This document shows, piece after piece, positions 9,961-21,091 of a DNA stretch of 64,000 nt. The notes beneath the pieces were generated by a model. It saw only the letters and a program-made list of their open reading frames with translations, did not search any database and was not told the DNA's origin. The position numbers were made by a program, and so were the translations under genes. The stretch's first letter is position 1, and each line of letters opens with the position of its first letter. The stretch comes from Tubiluchus corallicola (taxonomy: Eukaryota > Animalia > Priapulida): positions 62,001 through 126,000 of the forward strand of contig JAQGDQ010002389.1 in the NCBI GenBank assembly GCA_030141605.1. Direction: 5' to 3'.

Positions 9961-10494
9961 TCACTCTCTAAATTGTTTTCGCGCTTCCTTCTGAGCCTTC
10001 CGGAAAATCAACTGGCGCCGAATAGGCGAAAGATAATCCGGAAATAAAATCCCATCTAAATGATCAATTTCATGCTGAACACAAATAGAAAGTAAATCAT
10101 GCGCTTCTAAAATCTGTTCTTGATTGTGAGAATCAATATAAGAAACCTTCACCCAAGATGGTCTCTCTATTTCCCAATTCTGACCAGGAACAGATAAACA
10201 ACCTTCTTCATAAACCTGGCGCTCTGAAGAAGACTCAATAATTTTCGGGTTTACCATCCGTAATGGAGGCAAAAGAACAGTCTTTTCCTCATCCTCATAA
10301 ATCTGAAGATCAATAACAATAATCCTTTTTAAAACACCAACCTGAGGCGCTGCCAAACCAATGCCAGGAGCCGCATACACAGTCTCTAACATATCATTCA
10401 TTAAAGAACGAATCTCACCATCAACAAACGAAACAGAAAGCGACTTATTCCGCAAAAGAGGATGAGGAATTTTTAAAATCTTTAAAATTGCCAT
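9961..10494 (-). CDS. def: Peptide deformylase
   Basis: GIGLAAPQVG, EGCLSVP, QHEIDHLDG. Confidence 0.98.
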   Translation of the reverse strand: MAILKILKIPHPLLRNKSLSVSFVDGEIRSLMNDMLETVYAAPGIGLAAPQVGVLKRIIVIDLQIYEDEEKTVLLPPLRMVNPKIIESSSERQVYEEGCLSVPGQNWEIERPSWVKVSYIDSHNQEQILEAHDLLSICVQHEIDHLDGILFPDYLSPIRRQLIFRKAQKEARKQFRE

Positions 10495-10565
10495 ACAAAT
10501 CTAAACCTCAAAAATTTATCTTCATAAAATTCCCTCATTTTCCTGGGTTTTTGCTACCAAAAAAC

Positions 10566-11978
10566 TTAGCGACCCCTTTCCGAAGGAATGTCAATATCTG
10601 CTTGCCAGCGCAAAATTATCTCCTCCTGCGCCGGTAAAGGAAGAGTCCAAGATATACGTGTGTTTTCTTTCTGCTCATTAAGAGAGAAATTACTCTTTGT
10701 AACCTGAATGTTACCAGGAGCAAAAATCTGAAAATCAACATCAATAGCATATCTTAAATAGCTTTTAATAACAGTTTCATATGTAATCGCATATCGACCT
10801 TTACCAAATTGCTCTTCCGCCTTACGATAATGTTTTGCTTTCACAGAATAAAGATCACCAATATCAAGCGTCAAGTCTCCCTGAGACGGAATATCCTTTG
10901 TAGGCCACGAGCCCGTAAACTGTAAGTCTCCCGTAGAATCAAACTCAAACATGCGAAAGACTCCTTTGGGGAATAACATATCCGTAGTATTGGTCAATTT
11001 AATCTGGCGCCTAACTTTTGATTCAATGCCATCAGCCATTAATCCTCTGCGTAAATAAAGACGATGATCCGTATGATAGCGTTTTTCAACATCAAATGTC
11101 TGCTGTTCAAAAAGAGGGAAATATCCCTGTTCTCCTCGTCTTAAAAACAACCCTTCCGGCATTTTGTAAATATAACTATCTCCAATCTCATGAGACGATG
11201 GCATACGACTGCTTTCAAAACTTGCCGATGCCATCACAGCATCACCTCCTTTTAAAAGGCGTGGCATAGGAGGCTGATTCACCGTCAAAGGAACATTCCC
11301 CGTCATTAAGTAAGCCGCCTGTGCCTTAAAATCCACAGCTGTTCTGTTTTGCGCCAAGATCATTCCTTGAACTTTTATAGATTTCTGATCCTCATTCAAA
11401 ATTCCACTGTAATCCGATCGCCAGGATATATTGCGCGTAATATAGGAAATATCAAGAGCTACTTCCTTCTCCTCATCCGAAACAAGAACAATATCCAACA
11501 TCTGTTTAGATAATAGCTCCTCCGGCTCTAAATTCAAAACAACTTTCTGCCCCTCCAAAGAAAAAGAAATTCCTCCAGAAGTCGGAAAAATCTCAATTCC
11601 TCTGCCAGTATCGTGCTCTGAGCTCGCAAAGGTGATAAACCTTTTCACCGGAGAAACAATCTTCAGCAAATCCTTCCAGGAACGCTCTTCCGTCAACACA
11701 ACAGAGTAACGCTTTATCGTAAAATCTGACGAAGGCATAATAAAAATTGTTTCCGCAATCGTATCTGAAGAAATATCCCCCAACAGAATATGATTCTCTC
11801 CCTTACCTAAAGAATAATAGCGCCGATCCTTTACAAGAGCATAATTATTACCATACAAGGTCAATACAGATGTCGCCCTTTCTTCTCCCGCCCAAGAGAC
11901 AGACTCAATAGCAGAGCCCATCAAAAACAAAAACACAGCAAGTATATAATAAATATAATAATGTCGGAAATAGACCAT
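10566..11978 (-). CDS. DUF4139-domain exported protein
   Basis: Signal peptide, LTLYGNNYALVKDRR, SYITRNISWRSDY, NRTAVDF, FPKGVFRMF, typical of DUF4139/DUF4140 proteins. Confidence 0.75.
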   Translation of the reverse strand: MVYFRHYYIYYILAVFLFLMGSAIESVSWAGEERATSVLTLYGNNYALVKDRRYYSLGKGENHILLGDISSDTIAETIFIMPSSDFTIKRYSVVLTEERSWKDLLKIVSPVKRFITFASSEHDTGRGIEIFPTSGGISFSLEGQKVVLNLEPEELLSKQMLDIVLVSDEEKEVALDISYITRNISWRSDYSGILNEDQKSIKVQGMILAQNRTAVDFKAQAAYLMTGNVPLTVNQPPMPRLLKGGDAVMASASFESSRMPSSHEIGDSYIYKMPEGLFLRRGEQGYFPLFEQQTFDVEKRYHTDHRLYLRRGLMADGIESKVRRQIKLTNTTDMLFPKGVFRMFEFDSTGDLQFTGSWPTKDIPSQGDLTLDIGDLYSVKAKHYRKAEEQFGKGRYAITYETVIKSYLRYAIDVDFQIFAPGNIQVTKSNFSLNEQKENTRISWTLPLPAQEEIILRWQADIDIPSERGR

Positions 11979-12082
11979 CTTTCTGCCCTTTTATCAATTA
12001 ATATCAAAAATATATTCCTTAGTTACCCTGAAAAATCCTTATCACGACTTTACATGAAAATAAAAAAATTATCATCTATAAA

Positions 12083-14281
12083 TCAATCAACGGTCGTGTC
12101 ATACGGCGTAAACTCAAAGGCTCCTATTGTCTTAAAAGTTACTTGAACCATAAAAGATATATTCGGTTTAACATCATCACTATCGCTATATAGCGTACGC
12201 CTAAAGACACCCTCTATCCCAAGACATTCATTCTCCCAAAGTGTTGAAATGGAAACCTTCCTTAACCCTTTATCATCACCAAAATCATAGGTTGTGTTCA
12301 ATGATAAATTCAAATTTGGTGTTAGGCTTAAAGAAACGCCAGTCTCAATTTCTTCACGCTTCTTTAATTGAATCGTCCTATCATCCGTATAATAAGAATA
12401 AGTCGAATGCACAATAAAAGAAGGGTGAATTTTCCATCGCGCCGTAATCTCATTCTTCTGTGAGGAAAAATCATCACTGTCAAAACGCCCTAGCCAACTT
12501 ATATCCAAATAAGATACAGGCTCAATATAAACTCGAGTAACAACATCTGAAACCTCTGACGAAAGACCCGACGAAGGTGAAAATAACGGATGCGGATCCG
12601 GCGTGTAACTCTGACCGATAAAAAAACTAAGCTGCTGGTTTTCCAGATTACGAACTTTCCAATTAACACCATAGTTAAAACGAAAGCCATCCTCCATACG
12701 ATCAAAGCCATTAAAACGGTTGTAGCTAAAAAGATTAGAATCCGTTAACTCGATCGCTATACTATCCTCATTAGGAAGAGAAGAATAATTGCTTTCTGAA
12801 ATTTTTGGCGCAAGAAATGTCTGGACAACAGGTTCTACAAGATGCGTAACACCCGAAGATTGGCGATATAGCGGATAACGCCACTCCATCATTATCTGAG
12901 ATAAAGCACGTCCTGTGGACGTCTCTTCAGAAATATGCCAGGCAACCGTATCTAAGCGAGCTTGCAAATCAATACGTCCTACCGAGCTTATCATAGAATG
13001 TCCCAATCCGAAACTCCCTGTTACACGCTGAAGATCAACAGCTCCTAAATCTTCTCGCTCAAGATGTAAAACAGACATATCTGTAAAACTATACGCTTCC
13101 TTGTTCTCATCAGAAGAAGAAGAACGATAAGAAAATTTGCCTCGAGGAAGAATATGAGCCGTTTGACCCTGATCATACCTATCCCTCAATACTTGAAAAT
13201 AATAGCTGTCAAGCTGAAACCAGCTCTGCTCCCCTAACCTTTCCAGCTGAAAATAAGAAGGTAAAAATCCCAGATCTTTGTGGGGCATATGAATTTCATA
13301 AAAACTGAGATAACGATTATGAACAGCCTGCTCTCCCCCCATCTCAAAACGCCATTCATCATTTATAGTATGATCCAGCTGGAAATTAATATTCCAAAGC
13401 TCTCTCTCAGGATTAGCATTGTTGACAATTTCCGAACTACTTCGAACACGCGTATAACTGCCCTCAAAATAACTCCCTCCCCCGTACCAGTTCTGACGAT
13501 GTGTCAGCCCTAGCCATGGACCCGCGTTTTCATACCATCCTGGAGTTAAAGTCACATCACTATGATCTCCCGTAACAATATAAAAAGGCTGAAGATAATG
13601 CTGCCCTAAATCTCCTGTAAATCCAATCTGCGGTACTAAAAACCCTGTCTTTCGATCCACTGTCGGATCCGGATAAGAAATCCATGGAACCCACATGACT
13701 GGAACATCCTTAATCTTAAGATAAACATTATAGGTATCAATGAGTTGTTTCTCTTCGTTATGACGCATCTTTGTCGCCCGAAGATACCATAAAGGCAACT
13801 CCCCTTCACCCTCGTCACAAACACGGCAAGGCGTATAGGCAATATTTTCATACTCACTTATTCCTTCTGCATAACGAACACCTGAAAGAGCCGTAATACG
13901 AGAAAAATCTTCCTGAATAATACGAACATGATCAATAAGCATCTCTTGAAAAGAATTCAGCAGCACAATATGATCAGCAAGAATCGTCTCTTTTCCAGGA
14001 TGAATAAGAATAATATTTCCCTCAGCCGTCAATTGATCTTCAAACTGAAGATATTCAATAGAATCAGCCTTCAATACATAAAAATCATAATAAAAAATAA
14101 CATTCCCACTCGCTTGTAAAATGCCTTTCTCATGATCATAGCTAGAATTATCTGCCTGAAAACGAACACTTCTTTCTTTTAAAGAAAAAGCTTCATCCTC
14201 TTTAGCATTCCCAGTAGGAATAAAAGAAAACACTATAAAATAAAATACAAGTACAAAAAGCTTTTTGCAAGTCCTGCACAT
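12083..14281 (-). CDS. lptD: LPS assembly outer-membrane protein LptD
   Basis: OstA-like N-terminus (ASGNV), YTPCRVC, YPDPTVDRKTGFL, PNEDS, NLFSYNRFNGFDRME, ENEC, FKTIG. Confidence 0.95.
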   Translation of the reverse strand: MCRTCKKLFVLVFYFIVFSFIPTGNAKEDEAFSLKERSVRFQADNSSYDHEKGILQASGNVIFYYDFYVLKADSIEYLQFEDQLTAEGNIILIHPGKETILADHIVLLNSFQEMLIDHVRIIQEDFSRITALSGVRYAEGISEYENIAYTPCRVCDEGEGELPLWYLRATKMRHNEEKQLIDTYNVYLKIKDVPVMWVPWISYPDPTVDRKTGFLVPQIGFTGDLGQHYLQPFYIVTGDHSDVTLTPGWYENAGPWLGLTHRQNWYGGGSYFEGSYTRVRSSSEIVNNANPERELWNINFQLDHTINDEWRFEMGGEQAVHNRYLSFYEIHMPHKDLGFLPSYFQLERLGEQSWFQLDSYYFQVLRDRYDQGQTAHILPRGKFSYRSSSSDENKEAYSFTDMSVLHLEREDLGAVDLQRVTGSFGLGHSMISSVGRIDLQARLDTVAWHISEETSTGRALSQIMMEWRYPLYRQSSGVTHLVEPVVQTFLAPKISESNYSSLPNEDSIAIELTDSNLFSYNRFNGFDRMEDGFRFNYGVNWKVRNLENQQLSFFIGQSYTPDPHPLFSPSSGLSSEVSDVVTRVYIEPVSYLDISWLGRFDSDDFSSQKNEITARWKIHPSFIVHSTYSYYTDDRTIQLKKREEIETGVSLSLTPNLNLSLNTTYDFGDDKGLRKVSISTLWENECLGIEGVFRRTLYSDSDDVKPNISFMVQVTFKTIGAFEFTPYDTTVD

Positions 14282-14285
14282 TTAA

Positions 14286-15386
14286 TTATCCGTCCTCCAA
14301 ATGCAGCAATACGCTGAGCCCCAACATTAATACAGCTATAAGCGGTAGCCATACAGCCATCACAACAGGTAACGCATTCGCAATCCCCATCGCAAAAACA
14401 ATATCGGAAAACAAATAAAAAATAAAGCCCGCTCCAATCCCCAAGACAACAATCAAAGCCCCTTTCCCTCGACGAGCCTGTCGCAATGAAAAGCAGGCGC
14501 TTAAAATAGACATGGTCATAAAAGACAATGGTGTACTTAATATATGATGCCAGTAAAGTTGATAACGCGTAATTGAAAAACCTGAATCTTGAAATTCTTG
14601 GATAAAATTTCCTAATGCAAAAAACGACATCCCTTCCGGATTCGAAAAACTTCCTGTAATATGCTCCTTTGTTAACATTGTCTCTATAACCATTTGATCC
14701 CGCTTCTCAGAAAGTTCTCCAGGGCGAAAAATATCAATGTTTACAAGAGTCCATTGGCCCTCTTGAAGCTCGGCCTTCTCTGCCTGTAAGCGTTTTATAA
14801 AAACATCGTCGGAATCATGAAAGAAAAAAGCAGCGGTCTCTAAATAAGGATAAAAAGGCCCATCCATTAAATCATCCGCATGAATCAAAATAGATTCAGA
14901 ATCCGTCTTCTGCTGAAGCCATACGCCATTTTTTGAAAAAGTTATAGGTCTATTAGAATGCGCTATTAACCGCGCCTCTTTATATGTAAAACGCTCATAA
15001 AAAAAAGCCGACAGCGGATTGAAAATATAAATATAAAAAACACCAAGGCAAAAAGTCGTAAAAATAATCGGAAAACTAAACTGCCATACTGACATGCCAC
15101 AAGCACGCATGATATTTAATTCAGAAGAAACCGTCAAACGACGGAAAACAAACATCGAAGAAAAAAATACCAAAAACGGAAAAACCTTATTCAGTAAAGA
15201 AGGAAGCTTTAATAAAGAAAGCTGCAATAAATTTATAAAATGAATATGCTCATAAGAAGAAGAACGCCTGATTAACTCAATCGTGTCAAAAAGCAATATC
15301 AAACTCCCAAAAATCATGAGAATAATCAGAAAAGATTGAATAAATCGCCAACTCATATAAAAAAATAAATGGACAGAAAAACGCAC
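14286..15386 (-). CDS. lptG: LPS export ABC permease LptG
   Basis: SSELNIMRACGMSVWQF, NGVWLQQ, C-terminal LLHLEDG characteristic of alphaproteobacterial LptG. GTG start. Confidence 0.9.
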   Translation of the reverse strand: MRFSVHLFFYMSWRFIQSFLIILMIFGSLILLFDTIELIRRSSSYEHIHFINLLQLSLLKLPSLLNKVFPFLVFFSSMFVFRRLTVSSELNIMRACGMSVWQFSFPIIFTTFCLGVFYIYIFNPLSAFFYERFTYKEARLIAHSNRPITFSKNGVWLQQKTDSESILIHADDLMDGPFYPYLETAAFFFHDSDDVFIKRLQAEKAELQEGQWTLVNIDIFRPGELSEKRDQMVIETMLTKEHITGSFSNPEGMSFFALGNFIQEFQDSGFSITRYQLYWHHILSTPLSFMTMSILSACFSLRQARRGKGALIVVLGIGAGFIFYLFSDIVFAMGIANALPVVMAVWLPLIAVLMLGLSVLLHLEDG

Positions 15387-15481
15387 AGCAACCTTCTTTC
15401 AATTATTTTAAAATACTGACGAAAATAAAAACTGTTATCCCCATAAATGAGCTGTAAAATTAAAATATATCCAAACTATAG

Positions 15482-15907
15482 TTATTTAAGAGATTTCAAC
15501 TTTCGTTTCTCTTTCTTTTGAGAGTCATTAAAACTTTTAACATAAGCTTCTTGGCAATGCTCAAGACAATACGGTTTGGATAATATACGCTCTTTCCCAC
15601 AAAAATAAAAATTCTTTGTCTGAGGATCACCAAAAGGCCACTTACACATATTATGCTTTAAAGTCTCTAATGTAATTTTCTCTGGCTTCTTTTTCTTGGC
15701 TTTTTGGGGAGTCGGCATTTTTTTCTTTTTTTCAACTGCCGCTTTCTTAATCGGAGATTGACGCTGCGGTAACCCTATACGATGTGCCTTTCCAATAACA
15801 GCATTCTTTGTTATATCCAAATGCTTACCGATTTCGCTTGTTGAAAGCCCTTTTAACCAATATTTCTTTAAAAGTTCCACTTTTTCATCTGTCCATTGCG
15901 AAACCAT
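15482..15907 (-). CDS. gcrA: GcrA cell-cycle regulator
   Basis: WTDEKVELLKKYW, TKNAVIGKAHRIGL, CKWPFGDP, FYFCG, PYCLEHC. Confidence 0.95.
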   Translation of the reverse strand: MVSQWTDEKVELLKKYWLKGLSTSEIGKHLDITKNAVIGKAHRIGLPQRQSPIKKAAVEKKKKMPTPQKAKKKKPEKITLETLKHNMCKWPFGDPQTKNFYFCGKERILSKPYCLEHCQEAYVKSFNDSQKKEKRKLKSLK

Positions 15908-16014
15908 AACCTATACTTCTCCTTAAAAATCTATTGATAACTCTTATTGCCTTGCCGCACTATAAATAACTATTTTATACTACAGAAAAACAATTGAAAC
16001 TATTATTATAATCC

Positions 16015-17580
16015 CTAGCGCTCAAGAGCCTCATCAATTAGCGCGCATGTTTCCTCAATACCATAAAGAGCAATAAAAGATCCCATTCTTGGTCCTTGAG
16101 GCTGCCCCAAAAGCGTTTCATACAAACATTGAAACCATTCCTTTAATGAAGAAAAATCATGCGCCTTTCCAATAGCATAAAGCTCCTTTTGAATTCCTTC
16201 CGCGGAAACATCCGCCAAAAGTCGCAAAGAATCTCGTAAATGCTCTAGGGCTTTTCGCTCTTTCTCAGAAGGAACCTTATAGGAAATTGTCGGCTTGATA
16301 AAATCTCTGTAATAGTTAATTGCATGTTCGACTAAAGACGAAAGGATCGGCGCACTATCCGGCTTGAGTGAAGGAGCATAACGACTGATAAAGTGCCAGA
16401 GAATAGCCGGATCTTCCGTGTGGCACGCTCCTGCAAGATTAAGAATCATGTTAAAACTAAGTTTATTCTCATACGGTGGAGGAGATGCATTATAAATATG
16501 CCATACAGGATTGCTAAGACGTGCTTTTTTGTCCTGAGTTCCATAGGCTGATAAGTGAGACTGCCACTCATCAACGCAACGAGGAATAACATCAAAAAAC
16601 AAACGTTTTGCCGTCTTGGGTTTCTGATACATAAATAACGAAAGGCTTTCCTGAGGTGCATAACGCAACCATTCCTCCATCGCTAAACCATTTCCTTTGG
16701 ACTTGGAAATCTTTTCTCCATTCTCATCAAGAAATAATTCATAAACCATGTTAACCGGAGGGATCTTACCTAAAATCCTGCAAATTTTACTAGAAAGCTT
16801 AACAGAATCAATTAAATCCTTCCCTGACATTTCATAATCCACACCTAAAGCCGCCCAACGCATCGCCCAGTCAACTTTCCATTGTAATTTGCAATGCCCA
16901 CCTGTTACAGGAACTTCTGTTTTAACGCCTTCTGAATCTTCGTAAACAATCGTTCCCGCTTTTACATCCGTCTCTAAAATTGGAACTTGCAAAACAATAC
17001 CACTCTTCGGGCAAATCGGTAAAAAAGGACTGTATGTCGCCTGACGCTCCGCTCCTAAAGTCGGAAGCATCGTCTTTAAAATTTTATCATAATGAATAAG
17101 AACAGAATGTAACATATCATCAAAAACACCCGTCTTATAACATTCTGTCGCACTCATGAATTCATAACGAAAACCAAACCTGTCTAAAAACTCCTTTAAA
17201 CGTGCGTTATTATGATGCCCAAAACTTTCATATTGATCAAACGGATCTGGAATCTGCGTCAAAGGCTTCCCTAAATTCTGCTCTAAAACCTCTTTATTAG
17301 GAATATTATCAGGAACTTTACGCAAACCATCCATATCATCTGAAAAAGCAAATAGCCGTGTCGGAATATCATACAATATTTCAAAGGCATGGCGAATCAT
17401 GCTTGTTCGAAGCACTTCTCCAAAAGTACCAATATGTGGCAAACCAGAAGGACCATACCCCGTCTCAAAAAGAACGTATCCCTTCTTTGGAACAGTGTGA
17501 TGAATATGGTTAAAAAGAGCACGTGCCTCTATAAATGGCCATACGGAAGCTTTTTCAGCTATCTTCTGAAAATCTGTCAT
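16015..17580 (-). CDS. lysS: Lysine--tRNA ligase, class I
   Basis: ETGYGPSGLPHIGTFGE (HIGH), KLQWKVDWAMRW, KISKSKGN (KMSKS), GPRMGSF. Start moved to ATG 17580 (MTDFQK...WPF). Confidence 0.96.
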   Translation of the reverse strand: MTDFQKIAEKASVWPFIEARALFNHIHHTVPKKGYVLFETGYGPSGLPHIGTFGEVLRTSMIRHAFEILYDIPTRLFAFSDDMDGLRKVPDNIPNKEVLEQNLGKPLTQIPDPFDQYESFGHHNNARLKEFLDRFGFRYEFMSATECYKTGVFDDMLHSVLIHYDKILKTMLPTLGAERQATYSPFLPICPKSGIVLQVPILETDVKAGTIVYEDSEGVKTEVPVTGGHCKLQWKVDWAMRWAALGVDYEMSGKDLIDSVKLSSKICRILGKIPPVNMVYELFLDENGEKISKSKGNGLAMEEWLRYAPQESLSLFMYQKPKTAKRLFFDVIPRCVDEWQSHLSAYGTQDKKARLSNPVWHIYNASPPPYENKLSFNMILNLAGACHTEDPAILWHFISRYAPSLKPDSAPILSSLVEHAINYYRDFIKPTISYKVPSEKERKALEHLRDSLRLLADVSAEGIQKELYAIGKAHDFSSLKEWFQCLYETLLGQPQGPRMGSFIALYGIEETCALIDEALER

Positions 17581-17767
17581 TTTTCTCTCTGTATCAATAG
17601 TATGTCGACCATACTCAAAATAATGAAATAAAATTCCTATATTCACGCATAAAACACGTTTATAGCAAATTGCCATTCAACAAAAGGAATGAGCAATAAT
17701 ACTCCTCATTTACAAATATATCAACCGCATTCAATAATAATTTCAGAAATACTCTCCGGAAATTCTA

Positions 17768-18070
17768 TCACTTATGACCCGAAAAAGATATTTCTGAAGA
17801 ACACGACCCTCTGTAATAGCGCAAGACAAAACAACGTAACGCACTTGAAAGATTTCCCTTCCGATTACAGTCTACAAAGGTAATCAGATCGTTTAAAGAA
17901 AGGTCATGCCTTCGAGCAATAAAGCGTAAACCTTCCCAAAAAAGAACCTCCAAAGAGATGCTCGTAGCATGGCCAGAAATTTTTACAGAATATTTGCGAA
18001 TTAAATGATCATCACTCTCTGTTCCGTAAAGGAATTTTTTTAAAATAATAGCCTCTGTCTCTATCATCAC
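17768..18070 (-). CDS. Ribbon-helix-helix domain protein (RHH_4 type)
   Basis: KYSVKISGHATSISLEVLFWEGL...NLSSALRCFVL. Confidence 0.85.
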   Translation of the reverse strand: MMIETEAIILKKFLYGTESDDHLIRKYSVKISGHATSISLEVLFWEGLRFIARRHDLSLNDLITFVDCNRKGNLSSALRCFVLRYYRGSCSSEISFSGHK

Positions 18071-18085
18071 ATTTAATAAAAACCC

Positions 18086-19759
18086 TTAAAATAACCCCTG
18101 GATATTCCCATATTCATCAACAAAAATATCATGAGCAGCAGGAGAAGAAGACAAGCCTGGCATCGTCATTATATCCCCACATACAGCAACAACAAATCCT
18201 GCCCCACGGGAAAGCCGAAACTCGTTAATCTGGATCTCATGCCCGCAAGGCGCGCCTTTTAAATTCGGATCCGTCGAAAAACTATATTGAGTCTTCGCAA
18301 TACAAACCGGTAAAGAAGCAAATCCGTCTTTCTCAATGAGCTTTAATTCACGACACGCCTTGGGCGTCAAAGAAATACGATCAGCACCATAAAAATTACG
18401 CGCAATAAAGTCCAATTTGTCATAAACAGAACAATCCTCCGCATACGCGTACGAAAGGTGGCCTGAAGACGATTCCGTAAGAGAAATCACTTTTTGAGCT
18501 AATTCCTCACACCCTACTCCTCCTTGTTCCCAATGCCGGCACAAAACAACATCCACACCCGCAGAATTACAAATATCATAAACCGCATTGATTTCCTGTA
18601 ATGTGTCTTTTGAAAATTGATTGATCGCAACAACTAAAGGAAGCTGATATCGCCGTAGATTTTCAATATGGCGTTTTAAATTCTCTCCACCTCTATATAC
18701 AGCCTCTACATCTTCCTTATCAAGTGCCGATTTTTCAACACCCCCATGCATCTTTAATGCCCGTATTGTTGCCACTAAAACAGCCACCTTAGGAGCTATG
18801 CCAGATTTTCGACACTTAATATCCAAAAATTTCAATGCGCCTAAATCAGCCCCAAATCCCGCTTCAGTAACCACATAATCCGCAAGTTTTAACGCTGTCT
18901 TTGTCGCAACCAGCGAATTACATCCATGAGCAATATTCGCAAAAGGTCCTCCGTGAACAAACGCCGGCGTATGTTCAAGAGTTTGAACCAAATTAGGCAT
19001 AAAAGCATCCCGCAACAAAGAGGTCATTGGCCCACCAGCTTGCAAATCTTCCGCCGTTACAGCTTTAAGAGAACGTGTTCGCCCAACGATCATACGATCA
19101 AGATTATGCCGTAAATCTTCCAAATTTTTTGATAAACATAAAACCGCCATAACCTCTGAAGCAACCGTAATATCAAAATGATCTTCGCGAGGGAAGCCAT
19201 TACCAACTCCCCCTAAAGAGATAACGATATTTCTTAAAGACCGATCATTCATATCAAGAACACGACGCCATGATATACGACGAGGATCAATGTCTAAACG
19301 ATTACCGTGATGAATATGATTGTCCAATAAGGCCGCCAAAAGATTATTAGCAACCCCTATCGCATGAATATCGCCTGTAAAATGTAAATTGATATCTTCC
19401 ATAGGAACAACTTGCGCATACCCTCCGCCACACGCTCCTCCCTTCATACCAAAACAAGGTCCAAGGCTAGGCTCACGTAAGCAGGCTGCTGTTTTTTTAC
19501 CCAAACGAGAAAGCGCATCCGATAATCCAATTAATGTCGTTGTTTTTCCCTCACCAGCTGGTGTGGGGCTTATCGCTGTGACAAGAATAAGATTTCCCTC
19601 TTCAGAACGATCCTCCAGTGACTCTAAGAATCTATGAGAAAGTTTCGCTTTATACGCCCCGTAACAATAAAGAGAATCATGGGTAATTCCCAGTTTCTCA
19701 CCAATTTCTGTAATCGGCTCCATATACGCTTTGCGCGCAATATCAATATCTGTTAACAT
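18086..19759 (-). CDS. fhs: Formate--tetrahydrofolate ligase
   Basis: [58 protein letters not shown]. Confidence 0.98.
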   Translation of the reverse strand: MLTDIDIARKAYMEPITEIGEKLGITHDSLYCYGAYKAKLSHRFLESLEDRSEEGNLILVTAISPTPAGEGKTTTLIGLSDALSRLGKKTAACLREPSLGPCFGMKGGACGGGYAQVVPMEDINLHFTGDIHAIGVANNLLAALLDNHIHHGNRLDIDPRRISWRRVLDMNDRSLRNIVISLGGVGNGFPREDHFDITVASEVMAVLCLSKNLEDLRHNLDRMIVGRTRSLKAVTAEDLQAGGPMTSLLRDAFMPNLVQTLEHTPAFVHGGPFANIAHGCNSLVATKTALKLADYVVTEAGFGADLGALKFLDIKCRKSGIAPKVAVLVATIRALKMHGGVEKSALDKEDVEAVYRGGENLKRHIENLRRYQLPLVVAINQFSKDTLQEINAVYDICNSAGVDVVLCRHWEQGGVGCEELAQKVISLTESSSGHLSYAYAEDCSVYDKLDFIARNFYGADRISLTPKACRELKLIEKDGFASLPVCIAKTQYSFSTDPNLKGAPCGHEIQINEFRLSRGAGFVVAVCGDIMTMPGLSSSPAAHDIFVDEYGNIQGLF

Positions 19760-19803
19760 GAATAAACCTCTTTCCTGTTTTTTGAAATTTAAATTCTATA
19801 AAT

Positions 19804-21000
19804 TCAACGATCCTTGTTCCCATACCCAAATGTCTGCTGAAAAACAAACGAAATAAACTCTGTTACATCAGAACGAATATTCACTCCACCTAATCCCTGC
19901 CGATAAGGATGATCCCCTCCTGAAATACGCCTTATATTTTTGAATGTTACAGAAGAATTTTCATGTGAATTATTAGAAAATAAAGGCTCCTCTAATGGCA
20001 TTGAAACATAAGTTTCCAAAGTAGTATCCACCTCTGCCGCAATCCCCCAGAGGCTATGCTCTGTCCCATAAGGAAGGCCATAACGCGTATCCCATCCAAA
20101 AATAAAAACTGTATCATCAGAAATAAATTCTTCCCACAAAACATTATTAATCGCAAACCAGGAAAAAGTAGAGCCCACGCGCGTTTCCTTTAAATTTTCT
20201 ATAATGTAACTTTTAGATTGCTGAAATTCCTTCCATGAAATCTCTTTCTCTCTATTAAATAAAGACCAGAATCCCACATAAATTTTTTCCTCATTCTGAA
20301 TAAGAATACGACGCCAGAAAGGTTGAAGTAATGTCGGCCAAGAAGAAACATAAACCGGCTCTTCTTCGGAAGGAAACAACTTATGAACATACTGTTCCTT
20401 CATATATCGAATACTATAATATTCTGAAAATAACCCTACTGTGGTCCAGAAAACAGCAAAACATAAAACAAACCCAGCAACATAAGAGGGAAAGTTTTTT
20501 GACCGTCCCCATAATATCCCAATCGCAATGGCGATCAAAAGAGGAATCGTATAAAAAAAATCAATAATCGGCAACGCCGCAAACGCAATGCGTTTATTAC
20601 TAAAAGGCCAGAGCCATTGAGTCCCATACGATGTGAAAATATCTAAAAGAGGATGTGTCACAGTCGCTAAAATCATAAGCCAAAGCCAAAGCCTAAAACT
20701 TCCAGGACCTCCTAAACGTTCCAAAGAGCGGCCTTGCGGATTTCTACGCCAGCGGCAATAATAAAATAACCAAACGAAAACAGCTGCCATAGCTCCTAAA
20801 ATAGGTGTAACAAATAAAGAATGCGAAGCGCCACGATGAATTAACCAGCTTTCAAAAAAATCAATTGTCGGAATTAATACATCCATATCGGGAATTGTCG
20901 CAGCAAACGCCCCCCAAAATAAAGCTTCTCTACCAAAACGCTTCCGAAAAGCCACTTGCCCTATTAACGCTCCAAAAGCAGCTTGTGTAACACTATCCAT
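19804..21000 (-). CDS. YdjM-family membrane-bound metal-dependent hydrolase
   Basis: MDSVTQAAFG, PDMD, HRGASHS, THPLLDIFTSYGTQWLWPF; TM helices. Confidence 0.88.
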   Translation of the reverse strand: MDSVTQAAFGALIGQVAFRKRFGREALFWGAFAATIPDMDVLIPTIDFFESWLIHRGASHSLFVTPILGAMAAVFVWLFYYCRWRRNPQGRSLERLGGPGSFRLWLWLMILATVTHPLLDIFTSYGTQWLWPFSNKRIAFAALPIIDFFYTIPLLIAIAIGILWGRSKNFPSYVAGFVLCFAVFWTTVGLFSEYYSIRYMKEQYVHKLFPSEEEPVYVSSWPTLLQPFWRRILIQNEEKIYVGFWSLFNREKEISWKEFQQSKSYIIENLKETRVGSTFSWFAINNVLWEEFISDDTVFIFGWDTRYGLPYGTEHSLWGIAAEVDTTLETYVSMPLEEPLFSNNSHENSSVTFKNIRRISGGDHPYRQGLGGVNIRSDVTEFISFVFQQTFGYGNKDR

Positions 21001-21091
21001 AAAATTCCTGTTTGCTTGTAATCATACATATTTGCCCACATCATTCTAAAATAACAAGCAAAAGATATACGATTATATATAGTTTCTATAT

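Noticed and set aside
17581-17676. 32-aa N-terminal extension of LysRS in ORF track
   Set aside because: Family similarity begins near MTDFQK (17580); the extension looks like promoter DNA.
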